A DNA stretch of 55,029 nt from an uncultured Alphaproteobacteria bacterium (GTDB lineage Bacteria; Pseudomonadota; Alphaproteobacteria; HIMB59; GCA-002718135), in NCBI GenBank assembly GCA_902589095.1, contig CACIRR010000003.1, forward strand, positions 1 to 55,029, in the 5' to 3' direction. The translations under genes were made by a program, and so were the position numbers. The notes below the pieces were generated by a model, which saw only the letters and a program-made list of their open reading frames with translations, did not search any database and was not told where the DNA came from. Each line of letters begins with the position of its first letter. The stretch's first letter is position 1. Below are positions 28,372 to 37,864 of this stretch, piece by piece.

Positions 28372-29283
28372 ATGCTAAGCAATAAAGAAGCCCAAATCCC
28401 TAATAATTTACTGTCGTTCGCTCAAAAATCACCTAATCTATCGGCAGGTATTATATGTGCACACCACGACTCCTCGATGGAATCAGCAAAAAAATCAGTA
28501 GAACTAAATCTTATAGAGCCAATTTTTATAGGAGATAAAAATGCTATCAATGAAAAGGCATACAAAATTAATTGGGATATAAGTTCTTATAATACCATTC
28601 ATTCATCAACTGATATTGAGGCAGCTACTATTGGGGCTGAATTAGCGAAAGATAATAAAATAAAAATAATGATTAAAGGCAATCTTCATACAGATGTTTT
28701 GATGCGAACGTATTTAAAAAAAGATTTTGGCCTTATTGAAGGAAAGAGATTAAGTCACATTTGGCATATGACAATCGCAAAAAATGATAAACCACTTTTT
28801 ATAACAGATGGTGCATTAAATGTTGCTCCACGCATTGATGTAAAAATGCATATACTAAAAAATGTAATTAACTTTGCTAATCAAATAAATATTGCAAAAC
28901 CAAGAGTTGCTATTCTATCAGGAACAGAGGATCCAATTGACAGTATGCCGAGTTCAATTGAAGCAAAAGAACTGATGGAAAGGGCACAAGAAGAAAATAT
29001 TAATGCATATGTTCACGGCCCCCTAGCCTTTGATAATGCTGTGTCTCCTGATGCTGCGTCAATTAAAAACATTTCAAGTGAAGTTGCAGGAAAAGCAGAT
29101 ATTTTACTCGTACCTAATTTAGAAACAGGTAATTCATTATCTAAAATAATGGTTTATTTTATGAGCGCTTGTGCTGCTGGCTTTATTGTTGGAGGAAAAG
29201 TTCCCGTTGTGGTGACAAGCAGAGCAGATAGTTCTGCTTCACGTATTGCCTCTATAGCTGCTGCTGTTATAGCAACACAGTAG
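28372..29283 (+). CDS. Phosphate acetyl/butyryltransferase (Pta/Ptb family)
   Basis: MIKGNLHTD, RLSHIW, ITDGALNVAP, GPLAFDNAVS, LVPNLETGN, PVVVTSRAD. Confidence 0.88.
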   Translation: MLSNKEAQIPNNLLSFAQKSPNLSAGIICAHHDSSMESAKKSVELNLIEPIFIGDKNAINEKAYKINWDISSYNTIHSSTDIEAATIGAELAKDNKIKIMIKGNLHTDVLMRTYLKKDFGLIEGKRLSHIWHMTIAKNDKPLFITDGALNVAPRIDVKMHILKNVINFANQINIAKPRVAILSGTEDPIDSMPSSIEAKELMERAQEENINAYVHGPLAFDNAVSPDAASIKNISSEVAGKADILLVPNLETGNSLSKIMVYFMSACAAGFIVGGKVPVVVTSRADSSASRIASIAAAVIATQ

Positions 29284-30185
29284 TGAAACAAAATAAGTTA
29301 ATTGCAGTTGCGTTATTAGCATTAGGTGCCACTTTTTTTGGTTCCTTTATGGGTGCAGGAGTAAAATTACTCTCGGATGATCTTCATCCAATTGTAATTT
29401 GTTTTTATCGATCTTTAATGGGTCTCATTTTAATTACCCCCTTTGTAATAAGAAATAATTTTAAAGCTCTTCACACCCAAAATATGCGTTTGCAAATTTT
29501 TAGAGCCTCCATAAATGTTATATCAATGATCTGCTGGTTTAGTGCAATAGGTATGATGCATTTCGAGAAAGCAACAGCTCTTGGTTTTACAACACCTCTT
29601 TTTACGACAGTACTTGCCGTAATCGTTTTAGGGGAGGTTATTCGTTTCCACCGAACTGCCGCTCTTCTACTGGGTTTTATAGGAATAATAATCATTATAA
29701 GACCAGGTTATGTTCCATTTGAATTTGGAACAGTGTTAATGCTTATCGCATCATTTAGCTTTTCTTTTGTCTTAATTTTTGTAAAAAAATTATCCGCAAC
29801 TGATTCTAGTCTTACTATAATTTTTTATCATTTATTATACATGACACCTGTCTTTTTTATTTTATCCTTGTTCTATTGGGAAAATATAAATTTATATCAA
29901 TTAATTGTTTTCACGTTAATGGGTGCTTCAGGCCTATTATCACACTGGTGTTTAGCTCAAGCATTCAAAATGTCAGATACAACCTTTGTAATGCCATTAC
30001 AATTTACGAAATTAATTTGGGCTTCTTTAATTGGGTTATTTATTTTTGCTGAACAACCAGATATTTGGACATGGGTTGGTGGAGTAATTATTTTTATTTC
30101 AGTCGTCTATATAACGTATCGTGAGGCATTTAAGAAAAAGGGCACACAAAAACCTATACAAGTTGATAGAGCAATTATTAATTAA
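29283..30185 (+). CDS. DMT/EamA-family transporter
   Basis: About 10 hydrophobic helices, FTTPLF...LGE, IIIRPG, FAEQPD; GTG start overlapping the upstream stop. Confidence 0.85.
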   Translation: MKQNKLIAVALLALGATFFGSFMGAGVKLLSDDLHPIVICFYRSLMGLILITPFVIRNNFKALHTQNMRLQIFRASINVISMICWFSAIGMMHFEKATALGFTTPLFTTVLAVIVLGEVIRFHRTAALLLGFIGIIIIIRPGYVPFEFGTVLMLIASFSFSFVLIFVKKLSATDSSLTIIFYHLLYMTPVFFILSLFYWENINLYQLIVFTLMGASGLLSHWCLAQAFKMSDTTFVMPLQFTKLIWASLIGLFIFAEQPDIWTWVGGVIIFISVVYITYREAFKKKGTQKPIQVDRAIIN

Positions 30186-30209
30186 TTTTTTTTATTTAAA
30201 ATTTTAAAA

Positions 30210-30977
30210 CTATTTAGCAGTCCATCCCCCATCAATCACAAGCGAGGAGCCCGTAATCATTGAGGAAGCGTTTGATGCTAAATAAACAACTGCTGTAGCG
30301 ATATCACTATCAGTAGCTAATCTTCCTAGAGGAATATTATCTATCATAGCTTTTTTAAATTTCTTATCTTTAAAGAAATTTTTTACCAATGGCGTTTCTA
30401 CAAAAGTTGGGCAAATGGTATTTACGCGGATATTATTCTTGGCTAGATCTAATGACATCCCCCTTGTTAAACCTTCAATACCAAATTTTGTCATATTATA
30501 TACACTTCTAAGGGGGGCGCCAACTTTACCCAATTGAGAGGATATATTAATGATTGATCCACCCTTAGCTTTTCTATTTTTTGATTTTAACATCACTTTT
30601 GTCGCCATTTGAGCAACATGGAAAGCGGCCTTGATATTTAAATCGACTACATAATCCATATCTTCTTTTTTAATTTTAGTAAAATGGTCTGGTCGATTGG
30701 TTCCGGCATTATTTACAAGAATATCAAGCGAGTTTATTTGTTTAAAAACTGACTTTACTTCTGCGGCATTAGAAACATCACATTCGAAGACAGTACATTT
30801 TCTTTTTAACTTATTGATTTGTTTTTTAACCTTATTTAAATCGTTAAGTGTTCGACTTACAATAATTAAATCTGCTCCTGCTTCAGCAAGAGCCATGGCT
30901 GAAGCCTTTCCAATTCCCTTCCCTGCCCCCGTTACTAAGGCAGTTTTGTTTTTGACTTCAAATTTTTGTAAATACAT
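30210..30977 (-). CDS. hpsO: Short-chain dehydrogenase/reductase, HpsO-like (DHPS 2-dehydrogenase)
   Basis: TGAGKGIG, NNAG, NISSQLGKVG, YNMTK, RVNTICPTFVETPL, DGGWTA; hpsN in the same cluster. The symbol is less certain than the SDR call. Confidence 0.65.
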   Translation of the reverse strand: MYLQKFEVKNKTALVTGAGKGIGKASAMALAEAGADLIIVSRTLNDLNKVKKQINKLKRKCTVFECDVSNAAEVKSVFKQINSLDILVNNAGTNRPDHFTKIKKEDMDYVVDLNIKAAFHVAQMATKVMLKSKNRKAKGGSIINISSQLGKVGAPLRSVYNMTKFGIEGLTRGMSLDLAKNNIRVNTICPTFVETPLVKNFFKDKKFKKAMIDNIPLGRLATDSDIATAVVYLASNASSMITGSSLVIDGGWTAK

Positions 30978-31012
30978 TCTTTCTATATCAAGATTAATTG
31001 ATAGCTTTGCAA

Positions 31013-31669
31013 CTAATTAAAAATTGAGGTGTCTAATTTTAGCGTCATTTTAGAGCAAAAATCATAATTATCCTCTTCATGGAATGATCCAGGAAAAGCG
31101 ATACATGGAATTTTTGCATTATGTGCAGACAAGGCGCTTTCTCTAGAATCTTCAATCGCAATACATTCATTAGATTCAAGGTTGAGTCTTTTAATTGCTT
31201 CGATATAAATATCAGAATGAGGTTTAGGATTTTGTACCATCGTATTGTTACCAACAAAGTCAAAATCCTCTTCGGTAAAATAATTTTTTAATGCCAAAAA
31301 AACCGAGTTAACATTGTCTTTTGTTGTAGACGTTACAAATCCTAATTTTATTTGATTGTTTTTTGCATATTCAATAACATCAATAACGCCTTCCCTTGGC
31401 ATGAGTTTTTCAGTCAATAGTTTTTGATTAAAAATTTCTGTTTTTCTCTCTCTAATTTGTTGAGCTTGAACTGTTGTATTATTTTTTTCTGCAAAATCCT
31501 CTATTCTTTTTGTACCACCAGATTGTTTAAGCAATAATCTATAATCCTCTTGATCCCAATACCAATCTAGTCCAGCTTCTTTAAAAGCTTCATTGAACGA
31601 TTCTCTTTGCAAATCTGATGTTTCAATTAAAGTTCCTATTGAGCCAAATAATATTGCTTTATAATCCAT
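31013..31669 (-). CDS. HAD-IA family hydrolase (CbbY-like)
   Basis: LQRESFNEAF..AGLDWYW, VTST, KPHSDIY, AIEDS; motif I reads FGSIGTL instead of FDxDGTL. Confidence 0.8.
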   Translation of the reverse strand: MDYKAILFGSIGTLIETSDLQRESFNEAFKEAGLDWYWDQEDYRLLLKQSGGTKRIEDFAEKNNTTVQAQQIRERKTEIFNQKLLTEKLMPREGVIDVIEYAKNNQIKLGFVTSTTKDNVNSVFLALKNYFTEEDFDFVGNNTMVQNPKPHSDIYIEAIKRLNLESNECIAIEDSRESALSAHNAKIPCIAFPGSFHEEDNYDFCSKMTLKLDTSIFN

Positions 31670-31711
31670 TTTATCCTTTCAATTTTATGGAACAAGAAAT
31701 CATATAACTTA

Positions 31712-32785
31712 TTATTTTATTGACCCAAGTCCTTTAGAAATATTAATATCTCCAATGTTTCTCGCTTTGTTAAATTCTTTTATTCTATCAAAAACATTAA
31801 CACCTATTTGCTGGTAAACATCGAGAAGGTCTACTAAAACCCAATTCTCTCTGATAAGACCATTTTCTAATCTCCAAAAATCTAAACTCCGCATTTCTAT
31901 AATTTGATTTGATGGAGCAATACCCATCCATCCATCTTGAGAAATTGTAGATCGCATATTTGGCCAACCAGTTTCACAAACATAATCGCCTTCATATATC
32001 CAATGTGTTTGCATATCCTGCAACCCCTCATTTTTTAAACTATCATTTGATGAGCCTCCCTTTCTATCAGGCATTGCACGCAAAAAAGGTATTTGATGCC
32101 AATGGCGAAATCCTTCGATACCCCTTGCTGTGCCAATTCCAACTGGTCCGTACCAATTAAATCTGGGGTGCCAATATTTATCTAAATTCATAACTTGTGG
32201 ATTTGGATTACTAGGGTGTAAAACCATATCTCGAAGCATATTTATTACAATGTCAAAATTTTTTGATCCATCACCTTCTATCTTTAAACCGTCTCCTGTC
32301 ATAGGAGATGGTGTGCATAAAAAAGATCCTAGCTGAGGACTCATTGGCCATGCATTTGCCTGCATCATCAATTCAGGTAGATCCCAAATTGATTGCATTT
32401 CTATAATTTGATTATTTTCTATTTGGAAAAACTCATGATAACGCATATGAACTAAATTTCCTGTTGGCGGAATATCTAAAAATGATTTTAAAAAAGTTCC
32501 CATATAATTGCCCATAGTGCCTAACCAATCTTTACCTTCAGGTGTTGTGCCTGCCATAACAATCATATCTCTTCTTTCAAGATCAGGAATGCTATCTAAA
32601 AGGGGGTTTATACAATTAGTTAACAATTTATCTAAACCATTAAATGTTCCAAAAGGATAGCAGAAATGAAACACCGAATTTTCAGAAAAATATTTAACTA
32701 GAGAATTTTTTATTGAATTTTTGTTAAAATTTTGAGTAGCTAATTGATAATTTTCAAAATTTTTTTTTAACTCTTCAGGTTTCAT
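31712..32785 (-). CDS. Tandem SnoaL/NTF2-like (ester cyclase) protein
   Basis: PDLERRD, FLDIPPTG, WYGPVGIGTARG, WMGIAPS, DFWRLENGLIRENWVLVD; two repeats of the SnoaL pattern. Confidence 0.8.
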   Translation of the reverse strand: MKPEELKKNFENYQLATQNFNKNSIKNSLVKYFSENSVFHFCYPFGTFNGLDKLLTNCINPLLDSIPDLERRDMIVMAGTTPEGKDWLGTMGNYMGTFLKSFLDIPPTGNLVHMRYHEFFQIENNQIIEMQSIWDLPELMMQANAWPMSPQLGSFLCTPSPMTGDGLKIEGDGSKNFDIVINMLRDMVLHPSNPNPQVMNLDKYWHPRFNWYGPVGIGTARGIEGFRHWHQIPFLRAMPDRKGGSSNDSLKNEGLQDMQTHWIYEGDYVCETGWPNMRSTISQDGWMGIAPSNQIIEMRSLDFWRLENGLIRENWVLVDLLDVYQQIGVNVFDRIKEFNKARNIGDINISKGLGSIK

Positions 32786-32790
32786 AATTT

Positions 32791-33672
32791 TTAACCTTTA
32801 ACTGCTCCAGCTGTTAATCCGCTAACAATCTGTCTTTGAAAAAACATTACAAGAAAGAATAATGGAGCAGTTGCTGAAACAACGGCAGCTACAGCATACA
32901 TTACTTTACCTTCTTCCTGTACGGTACCTAAAAAGCTAGCAATTGCTGGGATCATTGTTTCATTTTCATCTGAAAGCAACATAGATGTAACTGTAAAATC
33001 ATTGTAAGCAAGAAGGAAACTAAATAATCCAGTAGTTATTACACCCGGCCACATTATAGGAATGATCACATATCTAAATGCTTGAAATCTATTACAGCCA
33101 TCGCACATAGCGCTTTCATCTAAATCTTTTGGTATATTTAAAAAAAATGAATGTAACATCCACAGAGTAAAAGGCTGATTAATTGCAACAAGTACAATTA
33201 TTGTTGTAGGTAAAATTCCCCAAACATTCCATGCAAAAAAAGGTTGAAGATATCCTGAAACTAAAGTCATATGAGGCATCGCACGAAAAATAAGACCTGC
33301 CATTAAAATCCAGAAGGCATATCGATAAGTAGACCTTGCAAGAGCATAGCCTCCTAAAGTTCCAAATGTAAGAGAAATTAAAACTGTAAAAAATACTACT
33401 ATGCTTGTGTTAATAACAGCGCGCCAAAATTCCTCTTCTATCCAAGAGCCATAATATCCATCAATAGTAAAAAAATTACCTGTTTGTTTTTCAGTATGAA
33501 AGCCAAATATTGCATTTGCCCAGTCAGCTTTTGAAAAAAAATCAGCTTGTACTTTAAAAGACCCCCACAATGTCCAGATAAAAGGAAACATAGCAACAAT
33601 CAACCAGAGAGCCACGAATACAAAAGCAATAATTCGAACTGGGGTTAATTTATTTTCAATTTTTGTATTCAT
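32791..33672 (-). CDS. Carbohydrate ABC transporter permease
   Basis: IPKDLDESAMCDG EAA loop, GLTAGAVKG. Confidence 0.92.
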   Translation of the reverse strand: MNTKIENKLTPVRIIAFVFVALWLIVAMFPFIWTLWGSFKVQADFFSKADWANAIFGFHTEKQTGNFFTIDGYYGSWIEEEFWRAVINTSIVVFFTVLISLTFGTLGGYALARSTYRYAFWILMAGLIFRAMPHMTLVSGYLQPFFAWNVWGILPTTIIVLVAINQPFTLWMLHSFFLNIPKDLDESAMCDGCNRFQAFRYVIIPIMWPGVITTGLFSFLLAYNDFTVTSMLLSDENETMIPAIASFLGTVQEEGKVMYAVAAVVSATAPLFFLVMFFQRQIVSGLTAGAVKG

Positions 33673-33678
33673 AAATTT

Positions 33679-34713
33679 CTAACCCTTATTTTTTTCATTA
33701 AAATCTCTCCATGTTCGAATTAGCACTGGCAAAAGTAAAATTCCTACGCAAAAAATAGTAATCATAGATGTTGCTCCTGCTGCATTATATAGAGGGTAAG
33801 CACTTTCTCGCAAATGATTCCATATTAACCAAGATATTGAGGTAGCGTGGGCTTCTGCTCTAAAACTTATTATTGGTTCAAACACTCTAAAATTATCCAT
33901 TAAAAGTATTAAAGTTATAAAAATAGCAAGTGGCATTAAATGAGGAATAACGACATGGCGTGTTCTTTGAAATTTAGATGCACCATCTATAGTTGCTGCC
34001 TCAATTGTTTCATGAGGAACTGTTTGAAGACCTGCATAAAAAACAATAAAACTAAACGGCATCAAATGCCATATACCATAGACCATCAACATGACCCAGG
34101 TAAGCACAGGTGACGCTTTCAAGCTCAGAGAATTATCATTAAATATTTTTTGGAGTGTGGCTCCAATAACACCATCGCCATCAACCATCCAAAACAATAT
34201 CAATGAACCAACAAGAGGTGTAACTATCATTGGAAGAAGAGATGCAAAAATTGTTGGACCTTTTAACAACTTAGGAAGATTATTGACTCCAAGAGCAACT
34301 AAAAAACCAAGAAATAAAACAAACGGGGTAACTACAAAGGTGTAAGTAAGAGTAAAGCTAAGCGCTCTATATAAGGGGTAATTATATATTTTTTTTACAA
34401 AAGCTATAAAACTATCCGAGCTATTCCAAGCCTCTCCTATTTCATCAAATGCAAAATGCATTCTGTTTGAATACGTTTTAAATCCATTAAATTTACCAAG
34501 AGGTGCTTTTTCTTTTAACTTCGCAGAAGCTTCAGTATCCACAGATGTTGTTGTCTCACATCCAAAAGGATCACAATTTTCTGAAACAATTATTACTTGT
34601 TTATGTTCTATATGAAGGGATTGAATAAAAACAGAAACTATAGGTATTGCAATAAATAAAAACATTACACTTAATGAAGGAAGGGTAAATAATAAGAATG
34701 TGCTGTGCTTCAT
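33679..34713 (-). CDS. Carbohydrate ABC transporter permease
   Basis: AGLQTVPHETIEAATIDGAS EAA loop, hydrophobic helices. Confidence 0.92.
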   Translation of the reverse strand: MKHSTFLLFTLPSLSVMFLFIAIPIVSVFIQSLHIEHKQVIIVSENCDPFGCETTTSVDTEASAKLKEKAPLGKFNGFKTYSNRMHFAFDEIGEAWNSSDSFIAFVKKIYNYPLYRALSFTLTYTFVVTPFVLFLGFLVALGVNNLPKLLKGPTIFASLLPMIVTPLVGSLILFWMVDGDGVIGATLQKIFNDNSLSLKASPVLTWVMLMVYGIWHLMPFSFIVFYAGLQTVPHETIEAATIDGASKFQRTRHVVIPHLMPLAIFITLILLMDNFRVFEPIISFRAEAHATSISWLIWNHLRESAYPLYNAAGATSMITIFCVGILLLPVLIRTWRDFNEKNKG

Positions 34714-34743
34714 TATGCTATTTTAAATTACATAGAAAGATAT

Positions 34744-34771
34744 AAGGGGTTTTCAAATTTGAAAACCCCTT
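34744..34771. terminator. Perfect 28-bp palindrome / stem-loop after the solute-binding protein gene
   Basis: AAGGGGTTTTCAAATTTGAAAACCCCTT. Confidence 0.7.
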
Positions 34772-34793
34772 TTTACTGATTTATATTTATTGA

Positions 34794-36035
34794 CTACAGA
34801 TAACCTGCGTCTTTAGCAGCTGTTTCATAAACAGCCTCTACATCACTAAGTGCTTGTTCAGCACTTTCTGATCCTTTTAAAAAATCAACTAGCTCTGCAC
34901 CTAATGCATTGTGCAATAATCCCATTTGAGCAAACATTGGATAAGATTTAGCGCCGCCTTGAGCAGTTGCAGACACTCCTGCTGCAGCTGGACCAGGTTT
35001 AAAACCATCAATTAACCAAATTGCATCATCATTATTAGCAGCAACCATTTCTGAAGTCATACCACTTACAAGTGCTGCAAACGTTGCTTCTGCTTCACTG
35101 TCAGACACGTTGGTTGCTATAGTTATTCCATCCCACCATAAAGTTGCTCCTGGTATTGAACCACCAGTAACAGTTGGAGCTGCAGATAGAACAGTATTTG
35201 AAGTCACCTCAGCTGAAGAACCTTCATTATCTAGTATAACTCCTCCACGAGAACCCCACATAAAGCCAATTGCAGCTTGACCAGCTTCCCATAATCCTTG
35301 CGTATCATCAGATGCCTGTGTTAAATGATCAGGATGAGCATACTCAACTAGAGCTTTCATTGTTTCTAGAGCCGCAATACCTTTAGCGTTATTAATAGAT
35401 GCTTCTGCACTACCTTGCTTAAAGAATTCTCCACCATGTGCTAAGTATATAGTATTAAATACTTCTCCAACATTCCATCCTACTTTAAGATTCATTACAA
35501 GTGGATGCTCCATGATACCAGCTGAACGTATTTTTTCAGCAGCAGAAATTATTTCATCATAAGTTGCTGGCATTCCATCAACTCCAGCTTTATCTAAAAT
35601 ATCTGTTCTATAATACATGTGCTGAGAATTAGCCATGAATGCTATAGCCATTATTTTACCATCAATAGTTATAAGTTGATTAGATTTTAAGTTGCCACCA
35701 TATTTTTCAACTAGGTCATTTAATGGTCTAACTAGCCCATCATTCATTAACTGAACAAGGGTAGAGTTAGCTACAATCACTGATGTATACTCTGCTGGAT
35801 CTGGTGTTTGAGCAGCGTTCATTATTTGGCGCGCTTCAGTAGTATGATTTCGAGTGAATTCAGAAGCAGATCCTGCACAATTGCTTTCAGCAGAATTTGC
35901 TATTGCGTGAATTGCTGGAAAATCACTTGCTAAAATTCGGATGGATTGTCCATTAGGACCACAATCAGCCGCAAACAAAGATGAGCTGAAGAATAGTGCT
36001 GTTAATCCACCTAAAATTAATTTTTTTAAAAACAT
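34794..36035 (-). CDS. Sugar ABC transporter solute-binding protein (family 1)
   Basis: Signal peptide, GLVRPLNDLV, YYRTDILDKAG, TLWWDG; GGAGG RBS. Confidence 0.9.
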   Translation of the reverse strand: MFLKKLILGGLTALFFSSSLFAADCGPNGQSIRILASDFPAIHAIANSAESNCAGSASEFTRNHTTEARQIMNAAQTPDPAEYTSVIVANSTLVQLMNDGLVRPLNDLVEKYGGNLKSNQLITIDGKIMAIAFMANSQHMYYRTDILDKAGVDGMPATYDEIISAAEKIRSAGIMEHPLVMNLKVGWNVGEVFNTIYLAHGGEFFKQGSAEASINNAKGIAALETMKALVEYAHPDHLTQASDDTQGLWEAGQAAIGFMWGSRGGVILDNEGSSAEVTSNTVLSAAPTVTGGSIPGATLWWDGITIATNVSDSEAEATFAALVSGMTSEMVAANNDDAIWLIDGFKPGPAAAGVSATAQGGAKSYPMFAQMGLLHNALGAELVDFLKGSESAEQALSDVEAVYETAAKDAGYL

Positions 36036-36106
36036 GTTTCCTCCATATATTACGTATAAAAAACAATTTTTTTAAGCGTATGTATATTACTATAATTATT
36101 AAAATG

Positions 36107-36145
36107 ATATTGCATTACTTTGAATTAATATGCAATATAATGAAT
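36107..36145. promoter_or_regulatory. Candidate operator region for the LacI-family regulator
   Basis: Inverted repeat ATATTGCAT-N14-ATGCAATAT (36107-36138); TG(C/A)A(T/A) at 36111, 36121, 36131 and 36141; lies between divergent genes. Confidence 0.45.
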
Positions 36146-36162
36146 AAATTAATAGTGGATAA

Positions 36163-37167
36163 ATGAACATTCAGAAAGCAAAATTACCAACATCAAGTAG
36201 TGTGGCAAAGCTAGCAGGTGTGTCACAATCGGCTGTTTCACGATGCTTTACAAAAGGAGCAAGCATTTCTAATAGAACAAAATTGAGAGTTATCGAAGCA
36301 GCAAAAAAACTAGGATATAAACCACAGTCCTTTTCAACTAATTCTCTGAGTTTAGATGAGGGAGGTTTAGTTGGTGTTATATTACCATATATTACGAATA
36401 GATATTATCCTGAAGTGCTTATCGAATTACATGAAGCTCTAAGAGTATCAGGGTATAGAATTTTATTAATTACTACTGATGATGGTGAGGAATTAGATGA
36501 TAATTTAATTCAACCCTACTTAAAAGAAAAGTTAGTTGCGATTGTTTCAGCAACAAAGCCTACTGATGCGTTTGTAGAAAACTGTTTAGCCAAACAAATT
36601 CAACTTATTGCATTTAATAGAAATTGGAAAATACCTACACTGAGTTCTGTAGCTTGTGATCATAAGTATGGTGGAGAAGCGGCGGCAGAACATTTCGTTA
36701 ATAATGGGCATACTAAAATAGGAATGGTTGAAGGACCAATTGGATCATTTGTAAGTGAAGAAAGATGTAAAGGTTTCAAAAACTATTTAAATAATTTAGA
36801 CAAAATTAAACTGTTTCATGAAAGAGGAAATTTTACATATGAAGGAGGTTTAGATTCAGCAAAAAAACTTTTAAAAAATAATATTACAGCATTGTTTTGT
36901 GCTGATGATATTATGGCTTTTGGTTGTGTTGATTATATTAAAAAAAATACAAAACTTAATATACCAGAAGAGATAGAGGTAATTGGATATGATGACATAT
37001 CTTCAGCAAATTGGCATTCATATAATTTAACAACAATTAGACAACCAGTAAGACAAATGTCTAAACTTGTAACCCAAATAATAGATGATAACATTAAGGA
37101 TCCAGAGTTAGAGCCTATCAATCATTTAATTCAGGGTAAATTTATTTATCGAAATACAACTAGATAG
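36163..37167 (+). CDS. LacI-family transcriptional regulator (HpsR-like context)
   Basis: HTH TSSSVAKLAGVSQSAVSRCF, LGYKP, FCADDIMAFG, VIGYDD, LTTIRQP. Confidence 0.93.
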   Translation: MNIQKAKLPTSSSVAKLAGVSQSAVSRCFTKGASISNRTKLRVIEAAKKLGYKPQSFSTNSLSLDEGGLVGVILPYITNRYYPEVLIELHEALRVSGYRILLITTDDGEELDDNLIQPYLKEKLVAIVSATKPTDAFVENCLAKQIQLIAFNRNWKIPTLSSVACDHKYGGEAAAEHFVNNGHTKIGMVEGPIGSFVSEERCKGFKNYLNNLDKIKLFHERGNFTYEGGLDSAKKLLKNNITALFCADDIMAFGCVDYIKKNTKLNIPEEIEVIGYDDISSANWHSYNLTTIRQPVRQMSKLVTQIIDDNIKDPELEPINHLIQGKFIYRNTTR

Positions 37168-37170
37168 AAA

Positions 37171-37863
37171 TTGGGTAAAGTAATTTTAATCCCTGGATAC
37201 ATGTGTAACAAAAACATTTGGGATGCACAAATATCTTTTCTAAAAAAAAAATATAGTGTTTCCATTCCTTCTCTAAAGAATATTGCTACAGTTGATGAAG
37301 CTGTACAAAAAATCATAAACAAAAATAAAAAAAAAATTTCTGTTATTGGTTTTTCAATGGGAGGATTTATTGCAATAAAATTAGCAATCGAGTATCCGGA
37401 AATATTAGATAAATTAGTTTTAATAGGAACTAATGCAAGAGATATTTCACAAAAAAGAAAGTTGCTTTTAGAAAAGTCATTAACAACCTTAAATAAAAAT
37501 AACTTTGCAAAATTATTTTATCAAAAAAACTATAGTTCCTATTTTTCTGATAAAGATTTGAAAAATACATCATACCAAAATACTGTTTACTCAATGGCTA
37601 AACAATTAGGGTATAAGACTTTTTTAGACCAAACGAATTTGATTCTAAAAAGACCTAATCAATTAAATAAGCTAAATAAGATTGTATCAAAAACTCTTAT
37701 TGTTCGTGGCAAAAACGATAAACTATCCTCTAATATTATGAACAAGGAATTAAATAAGAAAATAAAATATTCAGTTTATACAGAAATTAAAAATTCTTCT
37801 CATTTTGTAATGCTAGAGAAGCCAAAAACTTTTAATAAAATTATTACTAATTTTTTATTTTAA
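37171..37863 (+). CDS. Alpha/beta-fold hydrolase
   Basis: IPGYMC, nucleophile elbow GFSMG, GKND, SHFVMLEKP; TTG start. Confidence 0.85.
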   Translation: MGKVILIPGYMCNKNIWDAQISFLKKKYSVSIPSLKNIATVDEAVQKIINKNKKKISVIGFSMGGFIAIKLAIEYPEILDKLVLIGTNARDISQKRKLLLEKSLTTLNKNNFAKLFYQKNYSSYFSDKDLKNTSYQNTVYSMAKQLGYKTFLDQTNLILKRPNQLNKLNKIVSKTLIVRGKNDKLSSNIMNKELNKKIKYSVYTEIKNSSHFVMLEKPKTFNKIITNFLF

Positions 37864-37864
37864 A

